Source: Actinomycetales bacterium (GTDB lineage: Bacteria > Actinomycetota > Actinomycetes > S36-B12). Taken from it: DNA of 64,000 bases. Positions 1 to 8,500 of this stretch are shown here, piece after piece; position 1 is the first letter of the stretch; the number at the start of each line of letters is the position of its first letter. Both the position numbers and the translations under genes were made by a program. The notes under the pieces are model-generated. The model did no database searches and was not told where the DNA came from. It saw only the letters and a program-made list of their open reading frames with translations. The stretch lies in contig WGLX01000001.1 of NCBI GenBank assembly GCA_016125355.1, positions 137 to 64,136 on the forward strand, given 5' to 3'.

Positions 1-74
1 CACGCGAGTTCCACGAAATCGGACATTTGCACTCCGTCGAACCGTCGAGAAGGCGATGCTGGGCCAGCTGTCGA

Positions 75-1586
75 TCAAGCGACTACCCGGATGACGTTCA
101 TCATGCCGGTGTCCTCGTGGTCGAGGATGTGGCAGTGGAGGACGGTCGTGCCGGCGAAGTCATCGAAGACGACTCGGATCACGTGAGTGCCGTAGGCGGG
201 GACGGTGACCATGTCGGTCCAGCCCTGCTGGCCCTGGATCTGGAACGGCCAGGTGTGCAGGTGGATGGGGTGCGCCATCGGGCTGTTGCTCACGATGGTC
301 CACTCCTCGACGGTGCCGAGCTTGGCTTCGAGGTTGACCGTGTTCGGGTCGAACGGGACCCCATCGATGGTCGGGTTCATGTGCCCGTCGAGGGTGATCG
401 TCCGGGTTCTCGCGACGGTGGCGTCGGAGGCGAAGAGGTCACGGCTGTCGGCCTTCATGGTTCGCGGGAGAGCCGACACGTTGGTACCCGCGTCGGCTGC
501 GACGGTCGCGATGAGCTCGGGATTCGTCACGACGCCGCCGCTGCCCTCGTTCGACAGACGCTGGGCCGTCAGAGCGCCGCCGTTCGACCCGGGGACCAGG
601 ACGAGTTCGGTGCGCTCACCGGGGGCGAGGTCGACGGACGAGACCTCTTCGGGCGTGGGGAGCCGCCCCCCAGTCGTGGACAGCCGGAGCATGCGCGCGC
701 CGTCGTAGGCAAGGCGTAGTTGGGACGACGCCGTCGCATTGACGACATGAACGCGTTCGAGCGTCCCGCCGCTATCGGTCAGGGCAACGCCGTCGCGGCC
801 GTTGGTCAGCAGGCGTGGCCCGCTCCGGCCCAGCATCGCGGTCATCATGTCGACCCCCGACCCATTGCCCATCATCGCGTCGCCGCCCATCATCGAACCC
901 ATCCCGCTGGTCGTCGCCTCATCGGCCGTCCAGGGGTTTGACCTCGTGAGCGGCGGATCGTTGATGACAAGGACGCGGTCGGTCGTCGTCCGTGCGAGCG
1001 AGGTGTCGGTCGCGTCCTCCACGATGATCGCGCCCGATAGACCCGACGCGACCTGCTCCGCGGTGAGGTGGTGCACGTGGGGGTGGTACCAGTAGGTGCC
1101 CGCCTGCTGGTCCATGGGGATGTCGTACCTGTAGGTGCGGGACTGTCCGGGTTCCACGGTCAAGAAGACGTTGTCCTGGTCCGGAGACACGTGCAGTCCG
1201 TGCGTGTGCAGGCTGGTCGGCTTGCTGAGGTGGTTGACCACCGTGATGGTCATCGTGTCGCCGGGATGAACGCGGATCGTCGGTCCGGTCGCCTGTCCGT
1301 TGTATGTCATGGCCCACCGCGTGACGCCGTCATAGGAGAGCTGCGTCTCGGCGGCCGTGAGGGTGACGGAGACCTGGCCGCTGTGGCTCACCGCCTCCTC
1401 GACGCTGGTGCTTGCGGCTGCCGAGACGACGGTTCCTGCGCCAGCATCGGCACTCGTGTCGCTGGCACAGCCACCGAGCAGCAGTGCGCCGGCCGCGGCC
1501 AGTGCGGTCAACGCCCGGCCGCGCGCGGTGCTGGAGGTGGCTCGAACCGGTGGCAGAGGTGTCGTCTTGGTCACGACGACGAGCAT
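75..1586 (-). CDS. Multicopper oxidase lipoprotein (copper resistance type)
   Basis: 503-aa ORF with four cupredoxin ligand motifs: HTHGLH, WYHPHVH, HPIHLH, HCHILDHEDTGMM. Met/Gly-rich insert MGSMMGGDAMMGNGSGVDMM. N-terminal lipobox LLGGC. Confidence 0.93.
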   Translation of the reverse strand: MLVVVTKTTPLPPVRATSSTARGRALTALAAAGALLLGGCASDTSADAGAGTVVSAAASTSVEEAVSHSGQVSVTLTAAETQLSYDGVTRWAMTYNGQATGPTIRVHPGDTMTITVVNHLSKPTSLHTHGLHVSPDQDNVFLTVEPGQSRTYRYDIPMDQQAGTYWYHPHVHHLTAEQVASGLSGAIIVEDATDTSLARTTTDRVLVINDPPLTRSNPWTADEATTSGMGSMMGGDAMMGNGSGVDMMTAMLGRSGPRLLTNGRDGVALTDSGGTLERVHVVNATASSQLRLAYDGARMLRLSTTGGRLPTPEEVSSVDLAPGERTELVLVPGSNGGALTAQRLSNEGSGGVVTNPELIATVAADAGTNVSALPRTMKADSRDLFASDATVARTRTITLDGHMNPTIDGVPFDPNTVNLEAKLGTVEEWTIVSNSPMAHPIHLHTWPFQIQGQQGWTDMVTVPAYGTHVIRVVFDDFAGTTVLHCHILDHEDTGMMNVIRVVA

Positions 1587-1615
1587 TCCGGTCCGTCATG
1601 ACCGTTGCCTGCCAT

Positions 1616-1643
1616 CTTGATCAAGGAAGGGTCAAGATGGGCC
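1616..1643 (+). promoter_or_regulatory. Candidate response-regulator box A (direct repeat TCAAGG-N5-TCAAGA)
   Basis: TCAAGGAAGGGTCAAGATGGGCC at 1621-1643, preceded by the CTTGATCAAG palindrome. Lies between the kinase stop and the oxidase start. Weakest of the three boxes. Confidence 0.35.
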
Positions 1644-2735
1644 CGGAAGGTCGACGGTGAACTCCGCCCCAAGTCCCGGGCCTGGGCTTCGCGCGGTCAG
1701 GGCACCGCCGTGGTCGGCGACGATCGCTCGGGCGATTGTCAGGCCGAGGCCCGAACCGCTGCCGTCTGCACTCACGCGTGCCGGGTCTGCGCGGTGAAAA
1801 CGGTCGAATACGAACGGCAGCTCGCCGGGCGGGATCCCCTCGCCGTTGTCGGAGACGACGAGTAGCACGCGTCCTGCGTTCTCCACAACCCCGACGGTGA
1901 CCCGTCCGCCCTCGGGGGTGTGACGCAGCGCGTTCTCCAGAAGGTTGGCCAAGACTTGCTGCAGTCGAACGGCATCACCGCGGATCGTGCAGGGCTCGCT
2001 CGCGCGGGTGCCGATCAGCCCGACCCCTTTGGCCAGGTACCGAGGCGTGGCTGCCGTCACTGCACCGGCCACGACGTCATTGGCGTCGAGCATGGTGAAC
2101 GTCATGCCCAACGCATGCTCCTCCGCGTCAGCGACGTCGCGGAGATCGCCTGCGAGTCGTCGCAGTCGGGCGACCTGGGAGCGCATCGTCGTCCACGACT
2201 GCGGGACCGGCTCGACGACGTCATCCTCGAGCCCGTCGATGTACGCCTCAAGCGTGGCGAGCGGCGTGCGCAACTCGTGGGCCAGGTCGGCGAGCAGCTT
2301 CGTACGATTCGCCTCGGTCTCAGCGAGTCGGTCGGCCATGTCGGCGAATGACTGGGACAGCCCGGTGAGTTCACGAGCGAACGTGGCAGCCGGAACCTTG
2401 ACGCGGTACTCACCGCCCGCGACCGCCTCGGCTGCCCGGGCGAGGTCCTCGACGGGGCGCGAGATCCGGCGCACCAGCACCCAGGAGACGATCCCCGCTG
2501 CGGCAAGCGCCAACACGGTGCCCGCGAGCACGGCGATAGCGAAGGTGGAGGCGAATGCCTCCTCGGCATGCTTGAGGACCTGCGGGTCGGCTTCCCCTGC
2601 ATGGGTCAGGTGCCAGTGGAACAGGCCCGGGGCCACCAGGAATGCGGTAACGATCAGAGCAAGCGTGCCCACGGCGATGACGACCGCTTGAGCGAGCATC
2701 AAGCGAGAGGCGAGACGCCGTCCGCGAGGGTTCAT
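1632..2735 (-). CDS. Sensor histidine kinase (HAMP-HisKA-HATPase), partner of the OmpR-type regulator
   Basis: Two TM segments. H-box LAHELRTPLATL. ATPase boxes SDNGEGI and GSGLGLTI. 4-nt overlap with the upstream regulator gene. Confidence 0.9.
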   Translation of the reverse strand: MNPRGRRLASRLMLAQAVVIAVGTLALIVTAFLVAPGLFHWHLTHAGEADPQVLKHAEEAFASTFAIAVLAGTVLALAAAGIVSWVLVRRISRPVEDLARAAEAVAGGEYRVKVPAATFARELTGLSQSFADMADRLAETEANRTKLLADLAHELRTPLATLEAYIDGLEDDVVEPVPQSWTTMRSQVARLRRLAGDLRDVADAEEHALGMTFTMLDANDVVAGAVTAATPRYLAKGVGLIGTRASEPCTIRGDAVRLQQVLANLLENALRHTPEGGRVTVGVVENAGRVLLVVSDNGEGIPPGELPFVFDRFHRADPARVSADGSGSGLGLTIARAIVADHGGALTARSPGPGLGAEFTVDLPGPS

Positions 2736-3430
2736 CCAGGGCCCATGCCGTAGCCGACACCGCGCACCGTCCGCACGAACGTCGGCTCGGACGCATCGTC
2801 GCCCAGCTTTCCGCGGAGATGGGCGATGTGCACGTCCACGACATGCTCATCGCCGTACCAACCCGGCCCCCACACCGCATCGATGAGCTGTCGGCGGGAG
2901 AACGCCGCCCGGGGATGCGCGCACATGGCCGCCAGAAGGTCGAATTCGGTGCGGGTGACGTCAATCGGCTGGCCGTCGACCGCCACTGTACGAGGCACCG
3001 GATCGACCACAAGGCGGCCGATGGAGATGGCCGTGGTGTCGTCCTGCACGTCCGCAGAGACCCGCGGCCGCCTCAGCATGGCCTTGACACGCGCAATGAG
3101 CTCCCGCGGCGAGAATGGCTTGACCAGGTAGTCATCCGCCCCCATCGACAGGCCGATGACCTTGTCCACTTCCTCGTCCCGCGCGGTGAGCATGATGATG
3201 TACGCGTCAGAGAACTGACGGATCCTCCGGCACGCCTCAAGGCCGTCGAAGCCAGGCAGCATGATGTCGAGCACGATCAGGATCGGATCCCGCTCACGCG
3301 CGGCCTCCACCGCCGAGGGTCCGTCGTGAGCCACGGAAACGGTGAAGCCCTCGCGCCCCAGGTAACTCGCTATCACTCCGGTCAGCGGAACCTCGTCGTC
3401 GACAACGAGCACCGGAAGCGTCTCGGTCAC
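2732..3430 (-). CDS. OmpR/PhoB-family response regulator (copper-locus two-component system)
   Basis: Receiver domain (VLVVDDE, DIMLPGFDG, ADDYLVKPF) plus winged-helix output domain (VHIAHLRGKL, RTVRGVGY). Confidence 0.92.
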   Translation of the reverse strand: MTETLPVLVVDDEVPLTGVIASYLGREGFTVSVAHDGPSAVEAARERDPILIVLDIMLPGFDGLEACRRIRQFSDAYIIMLTARDEEVDKVIGLSMGADDYLVKPFSPRELIARVKAMLRRPRVSADVQDDTTAISIGRLVVDPVPRTVAVDGQPIDVTRTEFDLLAAMCAHPRAAFSRRQLIDAVWGPGWYGDEHVVDVHIAHLRGKLGDDASEPTFVRTVRGVGYGMGPG

Positions 3431-3475
3431 CGTCTCGTCACCATCCCCTCTATCGGCGCGCGGCCCGCACCGACG

Positions 3476-3760
3476 CTAGCTGGTCGTGGCTGAACCATGC
3501 CCCTCGAGGACCCGCCGTGCCTCCGCATAGGCCTCGGCGTCGAGCTCGCCGGACGCGAAGCGCCGGTCCAGGATCGTCCGGGGCGACTCCACGTTGACCT
3601 CACTCACGCCGCCCGGCCGAGTGATCCGCGTCATCGCCCAGACCCCGAAGCCGACCAGCACGGCCAGTAGCACGATCATCCCCACCATCCCCAGCCACCA
3701 CGAACCCGCACCATTGCCATTCCACATCCAGCCGTATCCACCAGGACCCCAATCCATCAT
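3476..3760 (-). CDS. SHOCT-domain small membrane protein
   Basis: 94 aa. Trp/Gly-rich N-terminus, one TM helix, C-terminal ILDRRFASGELDAEAYAEARRVL (SHOCT-like). Sits 45 nt upstream of the regulator gene on the same strand. Confidence 0.75.
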   Translation of the reverse strand: MMDWGPGGYGWMWNGNGAGSWWLGMVGMIVLLAVLVGFGVWAMTRITRPGGVSEVNVESPRTILDRRFASGELDAEAYAEARRVLEGHGSATTS

Positions 3761-3875
3761 CGCCTTCTCCTTCGTCAGGTGATGTCACCGACCATCCTCT
3801 GAGACCCTGACGTCGCAGTGTTGGAGCCATGAACATTCGGTCAAGCGGCGAAACCTGCGACTACGGCCCGCACCG

Positions 3876-3898
3876 CCCCACTCTTGATCAAACCTTCA
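3876..3898 (-). promoter_or_regulatory. Candidate response-regulator box B
   Basis: Minus-strand read is TGAAGGTTTGATCAAGAGTGGGG. Half-sites are 11 nt apart. 116 nt upstream of the SHOCT-regulator-kinase operon and 47 nt upstream of the NlpC/P60 gene. Confidence 0.45.
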
Positions 3899-3944
3899 CC
3901 CTTTCTTGCGGGTCCGTCCATGGCCGCACCGCAGCGTGGATGGA

Positions 3945-5051
3945 ATGAGCCACCGCTGGCGCGCTCGCCTCTCCACCACGGGCACCAAGCGGCCCCTTTC
4001 GATCGCCCTGGCGACCCTCTCGGCCATCTCGGTCCTGCTGGTCGGGACCTCGGGTGTCAGTTCGGCCGCACCCAGGTCCGACATTGCTCAGGTGGAGGCT
4101 CAGGTGCGGGGCCTCGAAATGCAGGCGGGGGCCGCCCACGAGGAGGCCACGCGCGCGGAGGTCGAGCTCGGTGCGGTCGAAGCCCAACTCGAGGCCGTGC
4201 GTGCCAAGCTCGCTCGACAGCGCCAGGACCTGACGATGGCGGAATCCGTCGTCGGCGATATCGCCCGCAACCTATACACCTCGGGTGGACTGGACCCCTC
4301 CCTCCAGGTCCTGCTCTCGGATGACCCTACGGCGTTCCTGGCGCAGTCAGCCGTACTCGGCCAGATGACGGATCATCAGGCCGCTCAGATCCGTCGGGTC
4401 ATGACCAGTCGTGTCCGCCTGGCCCAGACCCAGGCGGCGATCTCGGACAAGGAGGCACGGGCGAAGAAGCTGGCCGAGGAGAGATCTGCGGCCGAGAGCC
4501 GCGTGGCGTCTCGCCTGGCACAGGCGAAGGCCGTGCTGGCCAGCCTGCAGGCGGCCGAGCGCGCCCGCCTCGCCAGACTGCAGGCGCAGCGGCGGGCGCA
4601 ACAGCGTGCCGAGGCACAGCAGGCGCGACGGTGGGTTCCCTGGCCGTCCGAGGCCAGCGCAGGCGGTGGCACGCCCGCCGTGAGCCAGCGTGCGCAGCTG
4701 GCGGTTCAGTACGCCCTCTCGCAGGTGGGGGCGCCGTACTTGTACAGCGCCAGGCCCCCGTCATCGTGGGACTGCTCGAAACTCACCTCGGCAGCCTGGG
4801 CCAAGGCGGGCGTGGGCCTCACCGCACTGAGCTACACGCAATGGGACCAGACCCGGCGGGTGCCGGTCTCCGACATCCGGCCGGGCGACCTGGTGTTCTA
4901 CTTCGGTTCGGGTGCGCACCACGTCGCCATCTACGTGGGCAACGGGATGATGGTGAGCGCATCGAATCCGTCCGATGGGGTTGAGCTCATCGGCTTCCTG
5001 AGCCCCTGGTACAAGGAGCGGTTCTCGGGAGTCGGGCGGATCATCGGCTGA
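3945..5051 (+). CDS. NlpC/P60 peptidoglycan endopeptidase with long coiled-coil (RipA-like)
   Basis: Start moved to ATG 3945 (signal peptide LLVGTSGVSSA). Ala/Gln/Arg-rich coiled-coil. C-terminal NlpC/P60 core SWDCSKLTSAAW and HHVAIYVGNGMMVSA. Confidence 0.9.
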   Translation: MSHRWRARLSTTGTKRPLSIALATLSAISVLLVGTSGVSSAAPRSDIAQVEAQVRGLEMQAGAAHEEATRAEVELGAVEAQLEAVRAKLARQRQDLTMAESVVGDIARNLYTSGGLDPSLQVLLSDDPTAFLAQSAVLGQMTDHQAAQIRRVMTSRVRLAQTQAAISDKEARAKKLAEERSAAESRVASRLAQAKAVLASLQAAERARLARLQAQRRAQQRAEAQQARRWVPWPSEASAGGGTPAVSQRAQLAVQYALSQVGAPYLYSARPPSSWDCSKLTSAAWAKAGVGLTALSYTQWDQTRRVPVSDIRPGDLVFYFGSGAHHVAIYVGNGMMVSASNPSDGVELIGFLSPWYKERFSGVGRIIG

Positions 5052-5224
5052 CTCCGACGCTCGGGCGCCAAGACGCTCATTCCCTCCTTGGTCCACCGCG
5101 AACCACGACACCCCGAAGACTGCTCACCTCCTCGGTGACTGCATCGACTCAGTGGCCCCCGATCACGCCGGCTACCGGCAGTCGATTGTGGTGCTCATGG
5201 AGTCCTCCCGGAGCAGTGGTGCGG

Positions 5225-5665
5225 TCATGCCGCGGTGTGGCCAGTGAAGCGGCACAGGCGCAGGCTGTTGGCGATGACGAAGACTGGTGAGAACCCCATC
5301 GCGGCTCCCGCCACGATCGGGTTCAGAAGTCCGGCCATGGCGCGTGGAATGGCCGCGTCGTTGACGCCGTCGCCGATCATGGCGGCGACCCTGCCCTTAC
5401 CTTGCAGCCGCTTGGCGACGGCGACCTTGTCCCGCGGGAGAGCCTCGGAGATCACCTCCTCGATACCGACCTCCGCCGCCACCACCTCGTCAAGGTCAAC
5501 GTCCGCAGGGACGTTTACCCGAGCGAATTTCGTCGCGAAGTGCACCTCGGCCTTTACCCCTGACAGCTTGTTGGGCTTCTTCTCCACCCGCGCCGCGCAC
5601 GAGGCGCAGGTCATGCCGCCGATCGGCAGGTCGACTGTGCACGATGGTGTGTCAGAGGCGGACAT
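5225..5665 (-). pseudogene. Relic of a copper-translocating P-type ATPase (HMA domain fused in frame to C-terminal fragments)
   Basis: 146-aa ORF. N-terminal HMA motif GMTCASCAARVEKKPNKLSGV. It jumps directly to the HAD hinge region (LPRDKVAVAKRLQ, AMIGDGVNDAA), then to the last TM region (LLNPIVAGAAMGFSPVFVIANSLRLCRF). The A-domain, the phosphorylation site and most TM helices, i.e. most of a normal CopA, are absent. Confidence 0.7.
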
Positions 5666-5699
5666 GACGCCACTCCTATCCGTGTCTGAATGCGCCGAG

Positions 5700-5722
5700 T
5701 GCCCTTCTTGATCGAACCTTCA
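5700..5722 (-). promoter_or_regulatory. Candidate response-regulator box C
   Basis: Minus-strand read is TGAAGGTTCGATCAAGAAGGGCA. 16/17 identical to box B over the core. 35 nt upstream of the copA relic and 82 nt upstream of the BNR lipoprotein gene. Confidence 0.45.
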
Positions 5723-5803
5723 TCGTTCATGGTCGGGCCCGTAGCCTGGCGCGTGGATCCTCGTTCTGTGTGAGCCAGCCCGGCACCCACAGAAGGGAAA
5801 CCC

Positions 5804-6697
5804 GTGTCCGACCTGCGAATCCCACGGCGCCTGGCGACCACATGCGCCGGCCTGCTCACGATCGTCACGCTTGCCGCGTGCAGCTCAAGCCCTTCATCAG
5901 ATGCGACTGCCGATGCGACCGCGGGTACGGGCTCAGGGGCCATCGATGTGAGCGGGCAGGCTTGGGCCCACGTCCACAACCTCGCATACGACGGTAGAAC
6001 CCTGCTGCTCGGGACCCACGAAGGCCTCTATGCGCAGCCCCCCGGCGCGCAGCCCGAGCTTCTGAGCGAGACGCCGTTCGACGTCATGGCCCTGACACGC
6101 GGCGATGAACAGTGGCTTGCGTCCGGCCACCCGGGTGCTGGTGAGGACCTGCCCGCCGACCTCGGCCTACGCACATCCGAGACCGGCCAGACGTGGACAA
6201 CCATGAGCCTTCTTGGCCAGGTGGACTTCCACCGACTGTCGGCTGCCGGCTCCACCATCGTCGGCCTGTCCGCCCACGACGGCGCCCTGCTGCGATCAGA
6301 CGATGACGGATCCAACTGGGCCACGATAGACAACCCCGGAATCTACGACGTCGCTGTCGATCCCCACGACCCCGACGTGATACTGGCGACGACCGAGTCG
6401 GGTCCGATCTGGTCACGCGACGGTGGCAACAACTGGACCCCAGTAGAGGGCGCACCCCTGATAGCCCTGTTGGCGTTCACCTCGGCTGGGGTGTACGGCG
6501 TCGCTCCTGACGGCACCATCCACCAATCCAGCGATGCCGGTGCGTCCTGGCAACAGCGCGGTTCTGTGTCTGGCCAGCCAGCCGCGATGACTGCCGACGG
6601 GGAAAGAGTGGCCGTGCTCGTAGGGGGACGTGTCATGGAGTCAACGGACTCGGGCGCCACGTTCCAGATCCGCCTGACCGGCATCGATGGACACTGA
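5804..6697 (+). CDS. BNR/Asp-box repeat beta-propeller lipoprotein
   Basis: Lipobox LAAC. Repeated Asp-box motifs SDDDGSNW, SRDGGNNW, SSDAGASW, STDSGATF. Confidence 0.75.
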   Translation: MSDLRIPRRLATTCAGLLTIVTLAACSSSPSSDATADATAGTGSGAIDVSGQAWAHVHNLAYDGRTLLLGTHEGLYAQPPGAQPELLSETPFDVMALTRGDEQWLASGHPGAGEDLPADLGLRTSETGQTWTTMSLLGQVDFHRLSAAGSTIVGLSAHDGALLRSDDDGSNWATIDNPGIYDVAVDPHDPDVILATTESGPIWSRDGGNNWTPVEGAPLIALLAFTSAGVYGVAPDGTIHQSSDAGASWQQRGSVSGQPAAMTADGERVAVLVGGRVMESTDSGATFQIRLTGIDGH

Positions 6698-6790
6698 CTA
6701 GTGCTCGACCTGCGGGTCCCGATCGACGACGCTGTGCCCCGCGTCGGTGTCCCCGTTGGGGATCCCGTCACCCGCTCCACCCCTATGCGG

Positions 6791-7159
6791 TCAGCCGGTG
6801 ACGGCGAACCAGCGACCCTCTGGGTCGCTGAAGGCGAAGCTCCGCACTCCGCTGTGCTCGCCGATCTCCATCGCCTCGACTCCCCGCTCGACAAGCTGAG
6901 CTCGCGCCGCCTCCAGGTCATCGGCGTGCAACGCAATCGACGGCGTCGCGAGATCCAGGCCGTACGGGTTGTCGGCCATCATCGCGAGCGGGACGAGCTC
7001 GAACGCGAACGGCTGATCGGCGAAGCCGACCTGCACGACCGAGAAGTCGCCGACCTCCTTGCGGTCCTTCTCCACCATGCCGAGCTTCTCGACCCAGAAC
7101 CGGCGGCAGGTCTCCGCGTCCTCGACATACAGGACGACATAGCGCACGCGCATGGTCAT
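6791..7159 (-). CDS. VOC (glyoxalase/bleomycin-resistance/dioxygenase) family protein
   Basis: Start set at ATG 7159 behind GGGAGG. 122 aa with a VOC-like N-terminus VRYVVLYVEDAETCRRFW. Confidence 0.85.
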   Translation of the reverse strand: MTMRVRYVVLYVEDAETCRRFWVEKLGMVEKDRKEVGDFSVVQVGFADQPFAFELVPLAMMADNPYGLDLATPSIALHADDLEAARAQLVERGVEAMEIGEHSGVRSFAFSDPEGRWFAVTG

Positions 7160-7279
7160 CTCAGCCCTCCCACTCCGTAGCAGTGCGGGCCGAACGTAGC
7201 AGCAGGCGGCCACATCATTCGGCCAACGCACGGTCTCCCCGCCACACGCGAAAGGGCGGGCCTGACGACGCTGCTACGC

Positions 7280-8344
7280 CTACTTGACGACCTTGATGAC
7301 GCGCGTCATCGACATCGCCGTGAAGCCCGGCACCGCCGGCGCGTACTCCACCAGCGTGAAGGTGCCGCGCCGCTGTCCCGGCTTCAGCACCGCGCGGACC
7401 TGCGCGCGGTCACCGTCGTAGCGGAAGCTGACTGACTTGATCGATGCGGACCGGTTGGTCGCGCTGAGCCGGGCCTCGTAGCCGGCGTTCGTGTCGAGGT
7501 TCTGGGTGTTGTTGAACGTCCGCCACATGTTGCTCGTGACCTTGGGGCCGCCACCCGTCCACATCGGACCGACGAGGCGCTGCTGGGCGACCGGCGCCGG
7601 AGTCGGCGCGTTCGCCGTGCGCTGGCTGACGCTGACCCAGTCACTCCAGCCCACCGCGTTGGCCGCGGCGACGCTGAACGTGTAGGCCGAGCCGGCCGTC
7701 AGCGTGCCGATATTGGCGTTGGTTGCGGGGGCGACGATCTGCCCGCTGGTCGGCCCGTCCCACTTGACGATGTAGCCGGAGATCGGCGACGAGCCGGGGC
7801 TTGAGGGGGCATCCCAGTTCAGGGAGACGGCATTCGTCGACACGCCCGTGACCTTCAGGTTGCGCGCCTTCGAGGGAGCCGACGACGGCGCCGGCTTGGA
7901 ACCCGTGATGCTGACCTTCTTGGAAGCCTGGCCGAGCGGATTGCCGCTGCCGCCGAAGTTCGGCTCCGACGCGTAGGCCGTGATCGTGTAGGAGCCCGAG
8001 CTCGCCGGGGTCCAGTTCATCGTCGCGGTCCAGGTGCTCGTGCCCGAGCAGGTGGCGTCCACGGAGCCGAGGTCCGTTCCGTCCTTGAGCTTGAAGTCGA
8101 ACCGCACGCCCGTGCGCGGGTCCCAACACGTGGGGTAGTCGCCATTGGGGTACTCGTACGTTCCGGTGAGCACCTGATTCACGCCTGCGGTTCCATTTCC
8201 TGCATTCAGCGTCGTCCTGCCGCTGCTGTCCGCCGTTGCGGGGACGGCAGTTGCCAGTGAGGCCGCCACGACCCCCAGTCCCGCGAGTGCGGCCAGCGCC
8301 GCCATTTTCCTTGTCACAACGAAAGCCTTCCTGTGAATAGCCAT
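7280..8344 (-). CDS. Secreted protein with fibronectin type III domain
   Basis: Signal peptide ending AVPATA. Central FN3 module (NLKVTGVSTNAVSLNWDAP, GYIVKW, YTFSVAAANAVGWS). Confidence 0.75.
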   Translation of the reverse strand: MAIHRKAFVVTRKMAALAALAGLGVVAASLATAVPATADSSGRTTLNAGNGTAGVNQVLTGTYEYPNGDYPTCWDPRTGVRFDFKLKDGTDLGSVDATCSGTSTWTATMNWTPASSGSYTITAYASEPNFGGSGNPLGQASKKVSITGSKPAPSSAPSKARNLKVTGVSTNAVSLNWDAPSSPGSSPISGYIVKWDGPTSGQIVAPATNANIGTLTAGSAYTFSVAAANAVGWSDWVSVSQRTANAPTPAPVAQQRLVGPMWTGGGPKVTSNMWRTFNNTQNLDTNAGYEARLSATNRSASIKSVSFRYDGDRAQVRAVLKPGQRRGTFTLVEYAPAVPGFTAMSMTRVIKVVK

Positions 8345-8346
8345 CT

Positions 8347-8360
8347 GATCGATATCGATC
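8347..8360. other. Perfect 14-bp palindrome GATCGATATCGATC abutting the start codon of the FN3 protein gene
   Basis: Read directly from the sequence. It occupies the position where a Shine-Dalgarno sequence would be expected, 3 nt from ATG 8344. Confidence 0.3.
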
Positions 8361-8500
8361 GAGTCCCCCCATGGGCCTGGGCCCGGCTGACGTTGGGCGC
8401 AGGGTCAGGGCGCGTCACCACGCCTATAGACACTCGCTAGAGACGGATTATAGAAATGCGGCGAGGCGTCGCTTGATTGCGTCCGGAAAACGGGAGAGCC

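Noticed and set aside
3761-3944. Searched for a ydaO/cyclic-di-AMP-type riboswitch upstream of the NlpC/P60 hydrolase gene. Such riboswitches often precede cell-wall hydrolases in actinobacteria.
   Set aside because: None of the conserved ydaO core segments I remember (ACGGGG, CCCGAA and similar pseudo-symmetric halves) is present. The region is better explained by the divergent promoter with box B.
5172-5198. Strong GGGAGGA ribosome-binding site followed by an 8-codon ORF (MSTTIDCR) downstream of the copA relic.
   Set aside because: It is too short to call. It is probably the decapitated start of a former downstream gene in the decayed copper operon.
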